Below are positions 7,948 through 18,392 of a stretch of DNA of 35,853 bases, in pieces. Position 1 is the first letter of the stretch. Every line of letters begins with the position of its first letter. The notes beneath the pieces were generated by a model. The model was not told where the DNA came from and ran no database searches. It was given only the letters and a program-made list of their open reading frames with translations. The translations under genes and the position numbers were made by a program. This DNA is from an uncultured Dysgonomonadaceae bacterium. GTDB lineage: Bacteria; Bacteroidota; Bacteroidia; Bacteroidales; Dysgonomonadaceae. The stretch is from assembly GCA_964620895.1 (NCBI GenBank), contig CAZUHZ010000001.1, positions 1 through 35,853 on the forward strand, written 5' to 3'.

Positions 7948-8311
7948 AAATTTAAATTCTAATTAAACATTTTGTATTATAATAACTCGATATTTTATTA
8001 CTTAATTTTTTGATCGATTGGTAGCATTGTGTTCTTGTTTTACTACTGTCGATTCATATAGATACAACAAATGCTAAAATGAAATGTTCATAAACATTCA
8101 TTATATTTTTCATATTTGCACTTTAAATCATAATGAATAAGGTGTATTTTTACAAATACATCCGCACACAATTCGCTTCTAGAATACAAATATAAAATTT
8201 TATTTTATATTATAAGGACTTTTGACAAAATAAAACTTCATGAAGTGATGTTTTATCCATTTAATCTACATAAATGGGCTTTGTTTAACGTCTATAATAG
8301 ATAAATAAAGT

Positions 8312-9172
8312 TTAGCCCAAATAACTTTTAAGCAATTTGCTACGTGAATCTTGACGTAGTCTGCGTATTGCTTTTTCTTTTATTTGTCTAACACGCTCAC
8401 GAGTTAGTTGAAATCTATCTCCAATTTCTTCTAAAGTCATTTCTTGCGAACCAATGCCAAAAAACATTTTGATGATCTCGCTTTCACGTTCTGTTAAAGT
8501 TGATAGTGATCTGTCAATTTCTTTTTGAAGCGACTCATTGATTAATGTTCTGTCGGCAAGAGGAGCGTCATCATTTATCATTACATCGAGCAAGCTATTA
8601 TCTTCTCCTTCAACAAAAGGTGCATCCATAGATATATGACGTCCTGAAACTTTAAGTGAGTCTCTAACTTTTTCTACTGGAATGTCAAGTTCAATTGCTA
8701 GTTCTTCAGCCGAAGGCTTGCGCTCGTTCTCTTGTTCAAACTTTTGAAGTGCTTTATTTATCTTGTTGAGTGAACCAACTTGATTGAGTGGAAGTCTTAC
8801 AATACGTGATTGCTCAGCTAAAGCTTGCAGTATTGATTGACGAATCCACCAAACAGCATAGCTAATGAATTTAAACCCGCGCGTTTCATCAAACTTCTCC
8901 GCAGCTTTGATTAAACCTAAGTTACCCTCATTTATCAAGTCGGGCAAGCTAAGCCCTTGGTTCTGGTATTGTTTTGCTACCGATACTACAAATCGCAAAT
9001 TTGCTTTAGTTAGTTTTTCTAAAGCTAGTCTGTCACCTTTTCTTATGGCTTGTGCTAATTCGACTTCTTCCTCTACCGTAATTAAGTCTTCACGACCAAT
9101 TTCTTGCAGGTACTTGTCTAAAGAAGCACTTTCTCGATTTGTGATCGACTTTGTTATTTTTAATTGTCTCAT
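8312..9172 (-). CDS. rpoD: Primary RNA polymerase sigma-70 factor
   Basis: 286 aa with sigma-70 regions 2-4 ([13 protein letters not shown]; [27 protein letters not shown]). The compact size is typical of the Bacteroidota primary sigma. Confidence 0.95.
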   Translation of the reverse strand: MRQLKITKSITNRESASLDKYLQEIGREDLITVEEEVELAQAIRKGDRLALEKLTKANLRFVVSVAKQYQNQGLSLPDLINEGNLGLIKAAEKFDETRGFKFISYAVWWIRQSILQALAEQSRIVRLPLNQVGSLNKINKALQKFEQENERKPSAEELAIELDIPVEKVRDSLKVSGRHISMDAPFVEGEDNSLLDVMINDDAPLADRTLINESLQKEIDRSLSTLTERESEIIKMFFGIGSQEMTLEEIGDRFQLTRERVRQIKEKAIRRLRQDSRSKLLKSYLG

Positions 9173-9209
9173 TTGTATATTTTAATTTTGTTTTTTTTAT
9201 TTGGGGACG

Positions 9210-9217
9210 CAAAGATA
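9210..9217 (-). promoter_or_regulatory. Bacteroidota -7 box (TAtcTTTG) upstream of rpoD
   Basis: The minus strand reads TATCTTTG, 38 nt upstream of the rpoD ATG. No clear -33 element. Confidence 0.4.
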
Positions 9218-9398
9218 CTATCTTTTGTTCTAGGATAAAAATTAGCGTCTATTGTTGTATTTTCTATTGATGGGTTTAGTTTTTAAAATAGTAAATAGAT
9301 AACAACAAAGGAAGCAGTTATGTTTACTGATTCCTTAGTATTAAACGTTTACGAATGCATATTGTTATTCAAGGCTCCTCTATTTAATGTAGTTTAAC

Positions 9399-10937
9399 CT
9401 ATTTGTTTGATAAATCGATAGCAATATATTGGGTTTTACTGTTTGGATAGAAGCCAGCAATCAGAATTACTTTATCTTCTGATTTAGTTGTTGCTGTCAT
9501 TTGAACGATTTTTGCAACATCTGCTTCTGAGTTTACAGGGATATTGTTTATCCGAAGAATTATAAATCCTTTGTTGATTCCTTCTTTTCTAAACTTACCA
9601 CTGTTTTCCACCTCTGTTACTTCAACCCCACTGCTAATGCCAAGTTTTTGTTTTCTGCTATCTTCAATATCAGCAAATGTAGCACCTAGCATGCTCATTC
9701 CATCCTCAGTTTTTACTAAATCGGTGCTGCCTTGTGCATTTTGAAGTTCAACAGTAAAGTCCATTTTCTTGCCATCTCTCTCAACAACAACTTTTATCTT
9801 GTCGCCTGGACGGTATCTACCTATTTGTGTTTGCAATTGATTGAAATTGCGTATAGGAGCGCTGTTTATCGATTTCACAATATCGCCTTTCTTTATTCCA
9901 GCTACTTTCGATGGGCTTCTCTCAGAGAAATCATCAATTAGAACACCTTCTATATTCTGAAGCTCTTTGTACTTCTCTGGATCATTTTGTTTTATGTATT
10001 CAATATTTGGAGATAAAATTCCCATTACTGCACGTTGAACTATGCCATATTCTTTTAAATCTGATGCAATTTTGCCAGCAATAGATATTGGAATAGCAAA
10101 TGCATATCCAGCAAAGTTTCCAGTTTGAGAGTATATTGCAGTGTTTATTCCAACTAGCTCTCCACGAGTGTTTACCAAAGCACCACCACTATTGCCAGGG
10201 TTTACAGCAGCATCTACTTGTATGAAAGATTGTAAGCTTTTGGTTTCGCCAATGATGTTGGCTCTGTTTTTAGCGCTCACAATTCCTGCTGTTACAGTTG
10301 AGGTTAAATTAAATGGGTTGCCTACAGCCAACACCCATTCGCCCACTTCTAATTCGTCAGAGCTGCCAAAAGAGACATAGTTGAAATCCTCATCTCCTTC
10401 AATTTTCAATAGGGCTATATCAGTTTCTGGGTCTGCTCCTTTTACAGTTGCCGTATATTCTTTGTCGTTGTTTAAAGTTACAGAAACCTCTGATGCTCCT
10501 GCAATAACATGATTGTTTGTTATAATATATCCATCTTTCGATATTATTACCCCTGAGCCAAATCCTACTTGGGGCTGTGGTTGCCCGAAGTCAAAGTCTC
10601 GATTGCCAAAACCAAAGAAGAATTCAAATGGATCAACGTATTGTTGTCTTCTTTTAGAGGGCGTTTTGGTCGATTTTACGTGAACTACTCCATTGATTGT
10701 TTTTTTAGCTGCATCAGTAAAGTCAGGATAACCTTCCGAAGTGGTCATGTTGGCAAGTCTAACATTGTTTTGGTCAAACTCTTGTGAGAAGTTTTCTGAG
10801 TATTCTCTTATTGCTTGATTTGATTGTTTAGATGAAGCATTTCTTTTTTGCATGTAGTCGTATCCAAATAGAGCGACAGTTGCACTTAAGATAGCTACCA
10901 AAATAATGGTAAGTACTTGTTTAAAATTAGCTTTCAT
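9399..10937 (-). CDS. htrA: Do/DegP/HtrA-family periplasmic serine protease with two PDZ domains
   Basis: 512 aa with an N-terminal membrane anchor, a trypsin-like domain carrying the active-site motif GNSGGALVN, and two PDZ-like C-terminal segments. Confidence 0.93.
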   Translation of the reverse strand: MKANFKQVLTIILVAILSATVALFGYDYMQKRNASSKQSNQAIREYSENFSQEFDQNNVRLANMTTSEGYPDFTDAAKKTINGVVHVKSTKTPSKRRQQYVDPFEFFFGFGNRDFDFGQPQPQVGFGSGVIISKDGYIITNNHVIAGASEVSVTLNNDKEYTATVKGADPETDIALLKIEGDEDFNYVSFGSSDELEVGEWVLAVGNPFNLTSTVTAGIVSAKNRANIIGETKSLQSFIQVDAAVNPGNSGGALVNTRGELVGINTAIYSQTGNFAGYAFAIPISIAGKIASDLKEYGIVQRAVMGILSPNIEYIKQNDPEKYKELQNIEGVLIDDFSERSPSKVAGIKKGDIVKSINSAPIRNFNQLQTQIGRYRPGDKIKVVVERDGKKMDFTVELQNAQGSTDLVKTEDGMSMLGATFADIEDSRKQKLGISSGVEVTEVENSGKFRKEGINKGFIILRINNIPVNSEADVAKIVQMTATTKSEDKVILIAGFYPNSKTQYIAIDLSNK

Positions 10938-10976
10938 AATCTATTTAATTTTTGATGATTTAATTTTTGTTCTTCT

Positions 10977-10984
10977 CAAATATA
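10977..10984 (-). promoter_or_regulatory. Bacteroidota -7 box (TAtaTTTG) upstream of htrA
   Basis: The minus strand reads TATATTTG, 40 nt upstream of the ATG at 10937. Confidence 0.4.
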
Positions 10985-11100
10985 TATACAAAAAGCGTTC
11001 AAAAAAAGCATCAGGCACACTCATTTCCATTCTTTTAACGCTATAAATTAACACTTAACCTGCTTTAACTGCAATTGTACGGGTGAGAAGTTCCTTTACA

Positions 11101-12288
11101 CTAATACTCTGACAAATTGTCATTTCGTATAGCTTCCCTTCTCAAGAATAGATGATTGACAGTTGGTGTAACTAAATCGAATAGTGGTATTGAGAAATAA
11201 AAACTACCTGCATTGTATATCTTGCTGTTTTTGTTTATTACTATTAGTTGTGTCAGATAGCGAATTAAAAACAATAGTATTGCGAATAGTGTAATACCCT
11301 TTGAAGAGGTAAGAACTCCTATTGCGCATAGTGCCACAAACAAAATATAAAAAGCATATCTAGTGAATACCTCAAAGGACAACAGTTTTGCACTGCTCCC
11401 CACATAATGTTTTCGTGTTGTAAGGTATCTTGTTTTGATGCTTCTCCAACTCGAGAAGCTATCTACTACGTTGCTAACAACTCTACTTTCGGGAGATGAT
11501 AAAATAGCAGTGTTCTCTTTTGTTGCTATTCTGTTTGCAAACACATTATCTTCGCCATCTTCTATGTTTAGTACAGAGGAGAATCCTTTGTTGTCGAAAA
11601 ATAGCTTCTTGCTGAAAGCCATATTCCGACCAATGCCCATATATGGTTTGTTTGCTAGTGCCATACTTGTGTATTTTACGCCACTAAAGAGATTGTCGAA
11701 TAGAACAAACTTCTTGTAAAAGCCTTTATCAATTTTTAGTTGACAACATCCTAGTATCACATCTTTTCCTTTATTGAACGTTTTTGCATATTCATAGACC
11801 CATTTATTTGATAAAGGTTTAGTGTCGGGTTCTGTGAATAATAGTATAGCATGTTTGGCAGCTTTAATACCAATAGTTAGTGCGAGTTTTTTATCGTTGG
11901 TAGTGTTGGATCTTACTGGGATGAAAGTAACATATAAGTTAGGATGACTGACTCGAAAACCGTCCAATACATCTATTGTACTATCGGTTGATGCATTGTC
12001 AACCACTACAACTTGAAAGGTGGGATAGTCTTGATTTAGAATTGAAGGAAGATTCCTCCGAAGGTTTTCGGCTTCGTTCTTTGCTGTTATGATAATGGAT
12101 ACTCCTGGAAGATTTTCCTCATTTGTGTCTCCCGCATCATTCACTGTATCGTTGTTTGCGGCATGCCGATATGGTTTGCGAAATAGATAGATATAATAGA
12201 ATAGTTGAATGACAAAGAAAATGAAGAAGAGTGCTATTGTAATCCATTCAGAAATTGAAATTCCATTTAAAAAAGAAGTTATGTCCAT
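11101..12288 (-). CDS. Membrane-bound family 2 glycosyltransferase
   Basis: 395 aa with an N-terminal TM helix, GT-A/GT2 signatures (VSIIITAKNEAENL, VVVDNASTDST, FTEPDT) and C-terminal TM helices. Its start is 8 nt downstream of the lysA stop, so the two are probably co-transcribed. Confidence 0.8.
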   Translation of the reverse strand: MDITSFLNGISISEWITIALFFIFFVIQLFYYIYLFRKPYRHAANNDTVNDAGDTNEENLPGVSIIITAKNEAENLRRNLPSILNQDYPTFQVVVVDNASTDSTIDVLDGFRVSHPNLYVTFIPVRSNTTNDKKLALTIGIKAAKHAILLFTEPDTKPLSNKWVYEYAKTFNKGKDVILGCCQLKIDKGFYKKFVLFDNLFSGVKYTSMALANKPYMGIGRNMAFSKKLFFDNKGFSSVLNIEDGEDNVFANRIATKENTAILSSPESRVVSNVVDSFSSWRSIKTRYLTTRKHYVGSSAKLLSFEVFTRYAFYILFVALCAIGVLTSSKGITLFAILLFLIRYLTQLIVINKNSKIYNAGSFYFSIPLFDLVTPTVNHLFLRREAIRNDNLSEY

Positions 12289-12296
12289 GTTGAAGT

Positions 12297-13454
12297 TTAA
12301 ATAGTATCAGAAAAATATGATTTAGCTATCTCTCTACAGTTATATTGCGATGCCATCACCTCGCCGTAGGCTCCTGCAGAGCATATTGCTATAATATCGC
12401 CTCTTTGAGTTTGGTTTATTTTGAAGTTCTTGGCAAATGTATCACTAGATTCGCAAATAGGTCCCACAATGTCATAGGGGCATTTTCCCTTGTCAGACGT
12501 GAGGTTCTCGATATGGTGAAAGGCTTGATAGAGGGCAGGACGAATAAGGTCTGTCATGCCAGCATCTAATATAACAAAATCTTTTTTTATTCCTTTTTTT
12601 AGATAAGTTACTCGCGAAATGAGCGATCCACATTGAGCTACTACCGATCGCCCTAATTCGAAATGAAGTTTTTGTCCTTCTCTCAGTTTCAGGTGCGATG
12701 AAAACAGTTTGAAGTAATTAGAGAAATCTGCAATTGGGTATTTATCGGGGTTTTCGTAGTCGATACCCAGTCCGCCTCCTACATTTATGTGGTCGAAACC
12801 AATTTCTTTTGATTCAAAATATGTTTGAAGGTCGTTAATCTTGTTGCACAAGTTTTTGAATGAAGATAATTCTGTTATTTGAGAACCAATATGAAAGTGA
12901 AGACCAGTTAGTTTTAAAGAAGTTAAAGAGGGGAGAAGTTCTAAAACTTCGGGAATGTTAGCCTCTTCTAGTCCAAATTTATTTTCATTCAGACCAGTAG
13001 TGATATAGCTGTGTGTTTGTGCATCTACATTAGGATTTATGCGCAGTGCTATATTTGCAATTTTGTTTTTTGCCTTTGCCAAAGTGTTTATAGCGTGCAA
13101 TTCTGGTATCGACTCAACGTTAAACGAAAAAATATCATTAGCTAATGCTATTTCTATCTCTTTGTCAGTTTTGCCAACACCCGCAAATGCAATCTCATTT
13201 GGATTAAAACCATTTTCAATTGCTTTCAAAATCTCATTTCCACTTACACAGTCAGCACCAAATCCTTGCTTAGCTATATGTTGCAGTAGACGTTTGTTTG
13301 TGTTTGCTTTCAGGGCATAATGTACATGAAAGGGCTTGCCCTCTATCTGGGTTTTTATAGCTTCGATAGTTTGGTCGAGCAATTCAATGTCGTAATAGTA
13401 GAAGGGCGTTTCTATTGAATTGAATTTGTGTATGGGGAATTTATCTTTATTCAT
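12297..13454 (-). CDS. lysA: Diaminopimelate decarboxylase
   Basis: 385 aa with PLP-Lys motif HYALKAN, the GGGLGIDY motif and the GPICESSD motif of group IV decarboxylases. Confidence 0.93.
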   Translation of the reverse strand: MNKDKFPIHKFNSIETPFYYYDIELLDQTIEAIKTQIEGKPFHVHYALKANTNKRLLQHIAKQGFGADCVSGNEILKAIENGFNPNEIAFAGVGKTDKEIEIALANDIFSFNVESIPELHAINTLAKAKNKIANIALRINPNVDAQTHSYITTGLNENKFGLEEANIPEVLELLPSLTSLKLTGLHFHIGSQITELSSFKNLCNKINDLQTYFESKEIGFDHINVGGGLGIDYENPDKYPIADFSNYFKLFSSHLKLREGQKLHFELGRSVVAQCGSLISRVTYLKKGIKKDFVILDAGMTDLIRPALYQAFHHIENLTSDKGKCPYDIVGPICESSDTFAKNFKINQTQRGDIIAICSAGAYGEVMASQYNCREIAKSYFSDTI

Positions 13455-13491
13455 TACATTTTATTGTCTGAGTAGGGTTTTTATTTATGTG

Positions 13492-13499
13492 CAAAAATA
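13492..13499 (-). promoter_or_regulatory. Bacteroidota -7 box (TAttTTTG) upstream of lysA
   Basis: The minus strand reads TATTTTTGCAC, 38 nt upstream of the lysA ATG. Confidence 0.4.
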
Positions 13500-13533
13500 C
13501 AAAAAAAGGAGATTGATTTCTAATATGAGTCAA

Positions 13534-14451
13534 TTAAAGATGTTCTGAAATAAGTTGCATTGCTCTGTTCACCTTCTCTTCCATTGGTAAAAGAGCGTCA
13601 ATCCAATTAATTTTCAATCCTCGTCGCTCCATACCTCTAAACCAAGTCATTTGTCTTTTAGCAAACTGATGAATGGCTATTTCGAGCTTATTATACATCT
13701 CTTGATAGGATATCTGCCCCATCACATGGAGTGTGACAAACTTATACTCTAAACCATAATAGATAAGGTCTTCGGGAGCTACTCCACTAGATAGAATCTT
13801 TTTCACTTCATCTATCATCCCCTCATCAATGCGAGCTTTCAGTCGTGAGGATATTTTATGTCGCCTGCTTTCTCTATCAATAGATACACCAATTATTAAA
13901 GAGTCAACAGCCTCATAGCTTTGAGTAGTTGTTTTTTGTTCTTCTTGAAATAGAGCTATCTCTATTGCTCTTATTGCTCTTTTTTTGTTGTCAACGTCAG
14001 TTGTGTTATGTAGGGTTTTATATCCCGATAAGATAATAGTAAGTTCGTCCAACGTTTTATCTTGCAATGAATCTCTTAGCTTTTGATTTTTGGGAACTTC
14101 TTTCAGCTCATAGCCTTTTAAAACAGATTCGATGTAGAGACCTGTTCCTCCACATAATATAGGGGTTTTGTTGCGAGACAAAATATCTTGATAGGCTAGA
14201 TGAAAATCCTTTTGAAAATCATACAAGGTGTATTTCTCTCCAGGCTCTTTTATATCAATGAGATGATGTTGTATAGTCTTATCTCTTATTGTATATTCGT
14301 TGAGGTCTTTACCAGTGCCAATATCCATTAGCCGATACACTTGTCGTGAGTCGCCACTAATTATCTCTCCGTTAGTTTTGTTTGCAAGCTCTACTGCAAA
14401 AGGAGTTTTGCCACTTGCTGTGGGACCTGTAATTGTAATTAACTTTGACAA
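13534..14451 (-). CDS. miaA: tRNA dimethylallyltransferase
   Basis: 305 aa with the P-loop ITGPTASGKT and IPP-transferase family layout (DSRQVYRLMDIGT, CGGTGLY). Confidence 0.93.
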   Translation of the reverse strand: MSKLITITGPTASGKTPFAVELANKTNGEIISGDSRQVYRLMDIGTGKDLNEYTIRDKTIQHHLIDIKEPGEKYTLYDFQKDFHLAYQDILSRNKTPILCGGTGLYIESVLKGYELKEVPKNQKLRDSLQDKTLDELTIILSGYKTLHNTTDVDNKKRAIRAIEIALFQEEQKTTTQSYEAVDSLIIGVSIDRESRRHKISSRLKARIDEGMIDEVKKILSSGVAPEDLIYYGLEYKFVTLHVMGQISYQEMYNKLEIAIHQFAKRQMTWFRGMERRGLKINWIDALLPMEEKVNRAMQLISEHL

Positions 14452-14478
14452 TTTGCTGTTGTTTGTTTTATGAGTGAA

Positions 14479-15270
14479 CTACCAGCTACCTCCAGCTCCG
14501 CCGCCACCAAAGCGACCGCCACCACCGCCACCAAACCCGCCACCTCCGAATCCACCTCCGCTTCCGAAGCTGCCTCTGCGACCTCCCCCTACTATAGGAG
14601 GGAAGAAAACAGGACCTCTTCTACTGCCACTTTGTCCATCACTGCCAATGTTTTGGTCGCCATCGCCTTTTTTTGAAATAGCTATAATAAATAGGATGAA
14701 GAATATTACAAATAAAATTATTGCTGCAACTGGCATACCTTCTTCTTGTTGCATTTCTGGGTCAAACTCTCCTTCAAGCCGTTTAATCATGGTGTCTATT
14801 GCAGCATTTGCACCACTAAAGTAATCATTTTGCATAAAGTAGGGAATCATTCTATCGCGAACAATTCTACCTGCATAAGCATCGTTTACGCGTGCTTCTA
14901 ATCCGTATCCTACAGAAATATATGCTTGACCTCTGCTATTGCCTATCTTGGGTTTGATAAGAATGACAGCGCCATTGTCTTTGCCTTTTTGACCAATCTC
15001 CCATTTTTCTCCTATCTTGAAAGCATAGTCTGATACCGCGTATCCACTTAGGTCTTTGACAGTAACTACATAAATTTGTGTCGATGTTGTATCATTGTAA
15101 GCGAGTAGTTTGGTTTCGAGTGCTTGCTTCTCAGTCTCAGAGAATATGTTGGCAAAGTCATTCACCAATCGTGGTGGCGACATGGGTGCAGGTATATCTT
15201 GTGCAACCACACTCTGGGTGAGTAGTATAAGTAAAATAAGATGTAAACTAGTCTTCCAAAATAACTTCAT
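14479..15270 (-). CDS. TPM-domain protein with TM helix and Gly-rich C-terminal tail (YgcG-like)
   Basis: 263 aa with a signal peptide, a TPM (TLP18.3/Psb32/MOLO-1) domain, a TM helix (AAIILFVIFFILFIIAI) and a tail GGGRRGSFGSGGGFGGGGFGGGGGGRFGGGGAGGSW. Confidence 0.8.
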   Translation of the reverse strand: MKLFWKTSLHLILLILLTQSVVAQDIPAPMSPPRLVNDFANIFSETEKQALETKLLAYNDTTSTQIYVVTVKDLSGYAVSDYAFKIGEKWEIGQKGKDNGAVILIKPKIGNSRGQAYISVGYGLEARVNDAYAGRIVRDRMIPYFMQNDYFSGANAAIDTMIKRLEGEFDPEMQQEEGMPVAAIILFVIFFILFIIAISKKGDGDQNIGSDGQSGSRRGPVFFPPIVGGGRRGSFGSGGGFGGGGFGGGGGGRFGGGGAGGSW

Positions 15271-15667
15271 TGTCTAATTCGTTTATATCGCCTTCTTGAT
15301 AGGGATATGTTTGTTTTATTAAATTACCTACTTTGTCAACGGCTTTGCATATACCTTCGGTAATTAAGTCTTTGGAGCAGTAGGTTATTAACTCACTCAA
15401 AGTATTATCCCAAAAATCATCTTCTATAATGCTATTTATTCCTTTATCTCCAAGAATAGCTGCTTTGTGATCGGCAGGACACACAAGTATGAGCACCGCA
15501 TTTCTTTGTGCAGTATTGTGCATTTTTAATTTCTGAAAAACTCTAGAAGCTTTATCAAGTGCATCTTCTTTGCAGTGTTTGGCTATATATACTCTAATCT
15601 CTCCCGAGGTGAGAAGCTCTGCATTCCGAATTGCTTCTGCAATTTTGGTGCTATCTATATTTTTCAT
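15248..15667 (-). CDS. Small cytoplasmic TPM-domain protein
   Basis: 139 aa and TPM-like (EIRVYIAKHC; AVLILVCPADHKAAILGD). It overlaps the next gene by 23 nt. It sits in the middle of the widespread LemA-TPM-TPM arrangement. Confidence 0.7.
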   Translation of the reverse strand: MKNIDSTKIAEAIRNAELLTSGEIRVYIAKHCKEDALDKASRVFQKLKMHNTAQRNAVLILVCPADHKAAILGDKGINSIIEDDFWDNTLSELITYCSKDLITEGICKAVDKVGNLIKQTYPYQEGDINELDNEVILED

Positions 15668-15723
15668 TTCAAAATTAATTTAGTTTTACCGAGTTTAATA
15701 AGAGTCTTGTAAGGATGTTTCTG

Positions 15724-16305
15724 TTAAAAGTCAACTACAGGCGCAGTTTGTGCACCAGCATCTGCCTCGAAGTATCCTTTCTTCTTAAAGCCAAACCAAC
15801 CTGCATAAATCACATGTGGAAAACGCCTGATATACTGATTGTAGTCTCGTGCTGTTTCATTGAATCGGTTTCTTTCAACTGAAATTCTGTTTTCAGTGCC
15901 AGCAAGTTCATCTTGTAGTGCTAGAAAGTTTTGATTTGCTTTCAACTCTGGATAGTTTTCGCGAATCATAAGTAGCTTGCCAAGAGCTGAGCCTAATTGA
16001 CCTTGCGCTTCTTGAAATTGTTGGATGCCCTCTTCTGTCAACTCTTCAGGGTTTACATTAACCTGTGTGGCACGCGCTCGTGCATCTACCACTGCAGTAA
16101 AGGTTTCTTGCTCATGCGAGGCATACCCTTTTACTGTAGATACAAGGTTAGGAATTAAATCAGCACGGCGTTGGTATGCATTTTCAACTTGCGCCCATTG
16201 TGCTGTTACTGATTCTTGTTTGTTTACCATAGAGTTGTAACCGCAACTCGAGAGGGTGAAAACACCCAAAATTGCAATAATGATTGTGTACTTTAGTTTA
16301 TTCAT
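15724..16305 (-). CDS. lemA: LemA family protein
   Basis: 193 aa with an N-terminal anchor/lipobox-like segment (LSSCGY) and LemA motifs (QWAQVENAYQRRADLIPNLV; ENRISVERNRFNE). Confidence 0.9.
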   Translation of the reverse strand: MNKLKYTIIIAILGVFTLSSCGYNSMVNKQESVTAQWAQVENAYQRRADLIPNLVSTVKGYASHEQETFTAVVDARARATQVNVNPEELTEEGIQQFQEAQGQLGSALGKLLMIRENYPELKANQNFLALQDELAGTENRISVERNRFNETARDYNQYIRRFPHVIYAGWFGFKKKGYFEADAGAQTAPVVDF

Positions 16306-16656
16306 TGTTTTGTTTGTTTGATGATTATGAGTTAGAAATATGTTTTATAATAACGCTTTTGTTAAACAAATGTTTAGGTTCTTTTTTCAACTTTCGTAGC
16401 CTTTATAAATAGTATAAAGTAATCAGTTTAAGCCGTTGCGTGAACAGTTATGCATAGAAAGTGTTTCTTCTTTAGTTGCCCTTTCTCTTCTTTTTTATGT
16501 AGAAGAGAGAACATTGTTTATGCAAAAATACGAATTCATGAGGTGTTGCACTAATAATTGAGTTTTTAATTTGCTGCTAATAGCATATATGTTGAGTATT
16601 TTAGGTTAAGATATCTATGTTTAGGTAGCTATCTGTTTTTTATAGGATATTTTTTA

Positions 16657-16664
16657 TAACTTTG
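16657..16664 (+). promoter_or_regulatory. Bacteroidota -7 box (TAacTTTG) upstream of the 537-aa outer-membrane protein gene
   Basis: Exact TAnnTTTG match about 50 nt upstream of the start. Confidence 0.4.
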
Positions 16665-16711
16665 TACGTTAAAGGATACTTCTTTTTTATTTTTGTTTCT
16701 TAAACAACTAT

Positions 16712-18325
16712 GTGAATATGAATCGGTTTACACAATTACTTATATCAATATTTATAGCGTCAAGTTTTCACTTGTCTGCTTCTGAGTTTAATAGAACTGA
16801 CACTATAGGCAAATTCAATGAGGTTACAGACATTGAGTTACGCATAAAGGAGATGGCTGATGCTTCCATTGGGTCAGATAGTTTGGATATTGTTTTGCAA
16901 GACTCTATTTTAGTACTAGATAGTGATTCTTTAATTTTGCCAATTGGTCAAGACTCTATTTTAGTTCCAGCTATTTCCGACTCTTTGTTGATAGATGAGA
17001 TTGTAGAGCTTCCAAAAAAAGAAAAAGGCTTTACACCTGTGGCAATAAAAACCTCCCTAGATTCTCTTTATCAGCGCAAAGATAACGGAACAATCGAGCT
17101 GCCAGGTGAATCAGAATTCTCTTATGGTTTATACCTCGGATTGATGAGTTTTAAAGACACGATGTTGTACAATCCGCTTTTTGTTCCAGTAGTATTTACT
17201 GGCAGAATAGAAGATCCTGACTCAATGTTCATCTCTTCTAAAAAAGAAGATAGGCTTAAAGGAACACTTATTTCATCCGACGAAACCTTTAGTCCTCTTT
17301 TAGAAAAACAAGCTTTTGCCGATAAGGTTAGAAGAAACTACTTCCTTGAACATCCCACAAGTATTAAGCTGTCAACATCCAACCTAAAAGGTTTGAAGCC
17401 AGCTACTACAGACACTGATGTGAGCGAGAAGTTTAATCCATTCAAACACCTTTTATCATCCGAAACAAGCTTTTCGCTTGAGAGACCAGATGTTGAAGGA
17501 GCTATAGTTAAACGTGTTTATTGGGTTAGAACAGGTGAACATTCACTTCAATTCTCGCAAAACTACTTTTCTCCCAATTGGCATAGAGGAGGAACAAGCA
17601 ATTTGAATATAAACAACAACCATATCATCAATATGAATTATCATAAAGAGAAGGTTAAATTCAATAATAGGCTTGAGTGGCGTTTGTCGGTTTTCAATGC
17701 GCCTGACGATACGATTCGCTCATATAGAATAGGTGATGATATGCTTCGCTACTACGGTGATTTCGGACACGATGCCTTCTTGAAAGCTTGGTCTTACTCT
17801 ACCAACTTAGAGGTGAAAACTCAGATGTTTAAAAACTATCCGTCGAATAGTAATGAGTTGCGTTCTTCATTCCTATCTCCCTTGTATGTGAATGCTGGTA
17901 TTGGTATGAAATACAATCTAGACAAACCTTCCAAAACTGTGCGAAACAGAAGGGTGCGATTAGCAGTATCTATCTCTCCATTGTCTGTCAATTATCGTTA
18001 TGTAGGCAGTGATGAGGTGAAAAGGGCACGATATGGTATTCCCGAAGGAGATAAATCTTTACTTGATTATGGTTCATCGTTAGTAGGCAATATGACTTAC
18101 GATTTCACTAAGTATGTTTCATGGAGATCGCGTTTTAAGTATTTTACTAACTATAGCAAAGCTGAGGCTGAGTTTGAGAACACTTTGACTATGTCTTTGA
18201 GTCAGCTGTTTTCCACAACATTACATCTCAACTTGAGATTTGATGACAGTGTGCCAGAAGATGAAGACTATAAGTATATACAAGTGAATGAAATGATAGC
18301 TTTTGGACTAACCTATAAGTGGTAG
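16712..18325 (+). CDS. Putative outer-membrane beta-barrel protein, DUF3078-like
   Basis: 537 aa. The track start is GTG at 16712; ATG at 16718 is an equally plausible start. It has a signal peptide, an N-terminal D-S-I/L-L repeat (an exact 17-nt duplicate caagactctattttagt at 16898 and 16949), an NW-x-x-GG motif (FSPNWHRGGTSNLN) and a C-terminal aromatic end (FGLTYKW). The family name is from memory and is not verified. Confidence 0.6.
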   Translation: MNMNRFTQLLISIFIASSFHLSASEFNRTDTIGKFNEVTDIELRIKEMADASIGSDSLDIVLQDSILVLDSDSLILPIGQDSILVPAISDSLLIDEIVELPKKEKGFTPVAIKTSLDSLYQRKDNGTIELPGESEFSYGLYLGLMSFKDTMLYNPLFVPVVFTGRIEDPDSMFISSKKEDRLKGTLISSDETFSPLLEKQAFADKVRRNYFLEHPTSIKLSTSNLKGLKPATTDTDVSEKFNPFKHLLSSETSFSLERPDVEGAIVKRVYWVRTGEHSLQFSQNYFSPNWHRGGTSNLNINNNHIINMNYHKEKVKFNNRLEWRLSVFNAPDDTIRSYRIGDDMLRYYGDFGHDAFLKAWSYSTNLEVKTQMFKNYPSNSNELRSSFLSPLYVNAGIGMKYNLDKPSKTVRNRRVRLAVSISPLSVNYRYVGSDEVKRARYGIPEGDKSLLDYGSSLVGNMTYDFTKYVSWRSRFKYFTNYSKAEAEFENTLTMSLSQLFSTTLHLNLRFDDSVPEDEDYKYIQVNEMIAFGLTYKW

Positions 18326-18392
18326 ATTGTTTGCTTAGGGTTTGCAAAGAGAAAACTTTGTTTTTGACTCTTATTAAAAGTAGGCGCAAAGA

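Noticed and set aside
14474-14824. 116-aa proline-rich ORF (and the 68-aa ORF 14470..14676)
   Set aside because: These are the antisense mirror of the GGN-rich codons that encode the Gly-rich tail of the TPM protein on the minus strand. They are an artefact of low-complexity sequence.
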